Shown here: positions 61,638-63,904 of the stretch, one piece after another | Layout of the letters: every line of letters begins with the position of its first letter | How positions within the stretch are numbered: position 1 is the stretch's first letter | From: Chiloscyllium plagiosum | Lineage: Eukaryota | Direction of reading: 5' to 3' | Length of the DNA stretch: 63,904 nt | NCBI RefSeq assembly: GCF_004010195.1 | Contig: NC_057740.1 | Location: forward strand, 31,563,257 to 31,627,160 | Notes under the pieces: model-generated | Databases searched by the model: none | Told to the model about the DNA's origin: nothing | The model's input: only the letters and a program-made list of their open reading frames with translations | Position numbers and translations under genes: made by a program

Positions 61638-62494
61638 TCGTAGGAAGAGTGGCAGGTAGGCAAGTGGGCAGGTTACTAAGTGCTGCCAAAGGTAGTGTGG
61701 CAGTTGGAAGAAGGAGTAGGCTGGATTGGGTTGCAAGGAAGAAGCTGAGGGTTCAATTATTGGTGTGTGTTGTGGGGGGTTATGAAGGGATATTGGGGTT
61801 TTAGGAGAGCTAGGTTGGGGAAAGCCTGGTTGAGAGTTGGGGGTATGGGGGTTAGAGTCAAATGATGAAGTCAAGGCAGGTCAGGTTGCTGGTAGTGAGG
61901 GGTAAATGGATCAGGGAATTGGGTTGGAGGGGACAAGTTGGGGAATTGAGGTAAGTCCAGCAGTTGGAAGAAGTACCAATAGGGAAAATTGGGCTGGGAT
62001 CTGTTTGAGGACATCAGTGAAGGGGTCAGTTTTATAGTTTTCAATGATGTGGAGGTGGTTTTAATACTCACAACCTTTCCTGGCTAACTATTCAGCTACA
62101 TCAGTTGGAACCCTCTGAAGTTTTGGACTCTAACTCAAAGTTTAATTTTTTGACGGTGCACAGACATAGACTAATTGCTCAAAAGTTTAAAATTCCTGGA
62201 CAATTTCTGAGTAGTCAACTGCACTGGGACTTCTGTGTGGCCCAGGCACATATTTCCTGTCCACATTGGTGCAATGATGATCTTCCAACTGGAAGATATG
62301 CCTGAATGGTGGTATTGACAGGTTTGTAAGAGTTTCACACCCTTGAATGATTTTCCTGTTGCCCTGGATTTCTGCTTGTCAGATGAAGGAATGATGAACT
62401 ACAACACTTAAATGTCAGCGCATGCTGCAATATTTTTAAAGTTGTTCTATTTGATTTCCAAATAAACTGGAAATGGCTGGTGTAAGGTTGACTC

Positions 62495-62670
62495 ATCAGT
62501 GGTTCAGTGGGGAACACTCTCACTTCTGAACCAGATGGTTCTGGACTCTAATGCCAGTGCAGAGAGTTCAGCGCTAAAATCTGAGCTAAGAATCCAGCAC
62601 AGGACTGGGGGGATGCAACATTGCCAGAGGCACTGTCTTTCTGATCAGATGCCAAATAACAGCTTTTTAA
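62495..62670 (+). mobile_element. DeuSINE-type SINE head
   Basis: gtggttcagtggggaacactctcacttctgaaccag...cattgccagaggcactgtctttc. Confidence 0.6.
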
Positions 62671-63482
62671 AAAGAAGAGTGGGGTGACTTGTCATGAAGG
62701 TTTTTTATTTTTATTATTGCTTGAGAACTTGGATTCTAAAGTAGAGACAAATGGGTTTTTGGTTTTCAGTGCTGTGAAGGTCTGATCTGATTTTATTGAA
62801 GAAAGGGTCAGAATATCATTTGGAACAGTGAATAAAGGGCAGACTTTCCAAGAAATTACATGACTTAGCTAAGTGACTAAACAACTGTCTCGTGAGATAA
62901 TGAGCATTTATAACCGACAGAAAGGGGCCAGAAACAGGTTGGAGATGAGAAGAAAAAGACCATACCAGCAAATTAGCTCATATGGGGTACAGATTAATTT
63001 CAGGCATTTGTGTCAACTATTTCAGGTGAAAGGTAGTTTGCAGTCAAAAATGGGTGAGGCTTGAGCATAAATTCGTGTTGCCATCTACACTACCGCTAAC
63101 CAGATAGTTGATTTCCTGACTTGTCTGCAAAAACCCTGCTTGATTTTTAATCAGCACTGTTCCCTGGATCAAACTGCCTTGGATCTTCACTGCTATTGCC
63201 AGGAAGTTGCCTGCATTTCTTCTTTGCTAACATCCCATTTTCCTACAAGACATTGATCTCTTCCATTGCTCTGATTTGTCAAACTAAGTGGCCAAATGAT
63301 AAAGCTGCACAGGACTGTGATGTAGATCCTTCTTTTACACAATGTGTATGATGGTGTCTCTTCTTAACAGATTGCTACAATATAGCTGTGCTCTTAGAAT
63401 CATAGAGAAAAAAGATAATCAAGAAAAAACTGCAGATGCTGGAATCCAAGTACAGTAAACCATACAGTAAAGAAGAAGCCCT

Positions 63483-63808
63483 TTGGCTCATCAGTGGTCA
63501 GCACTGCTGCCTCATAGTGCCAGGAACACAGGTTCGATTCCAGCCTTAGGTGATTATCTGTGTGGAGTTTGCACGTTCTACCAGTGTCTGTGTGGGTTTC
63601 CTTTGGCTACTCTGGTTTTCTCCCACGGTCCAAAGTTGTGCATGTTAGGTGAATTGGCCATGCTGAATCGCACATTTGGTTCAGAGATGTGCAGGCTAAG
63701 TGGATTAACCATGGGAAATGTGGGGTTACGGGTCTGGGTGAGGAGGGGTGGTGCAGACTCGATGGGCTGAATGGTCTCTTCCACATCTTGGGCATTCTGT
63801 GATTCTAA
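63483..63808 (+). mobile_element. HE1-type V-SINE
   Basis: agcactgctgcctcatag...GGTTCGATTCC, V-domain and ttctgtgattcta tail. Confidence 0.9.
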
Positions 63809-63904
63809 TGACCAAGTCTCTACCATCAAAAATATCCTTCTCAATGAGTGTTAGAAGAAGGTGCCACCAGCTTCATTCGAGGAACTTGCTTTTAATTTGA
63901 AGCA

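Overview
Eukaryotic, repeat-dense non-coding DNA, almost certainly from a cartilaginous fish. HE1-type V-SINEs, DeuSINE-type SINEs and CR1/HER1-type LINE tails point to a shark; this is inference from repeat content. I can support no host protein-coding gene. Every recognisable ORF belongs to a decayed transposon: CR1, L2-type, RTE, Rex1/Babar, Penelope-like (PLE), Harbinger, a Tigger-like MITE and a probable solo LTR. The main signal is a set of about 20 short PLE-derived insertions from five distinct sequence families (my labels A-E). Each family carries a minimal type-I hammerhead ribozyme motif: CTGANGA, stem II, GAAA, a palindromic stem III and an NUH triplet. Many copies are head-to-head fold-back pairs with 10-15 bp target-site duplications, and their 5' ends or inversion junctions cluster inside the ribozyme. 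One pair is a 372-bp near-perfect palindrome. Also noted: a 21-bp perfect hairpin, an unexplained TSD-flanked 323-bp insert, and two or three candidate enhancer-like motif clusters. Boundaries of old repeats were read by eye and are approximate. TSD and ribozyme coordinates were counted base by base.
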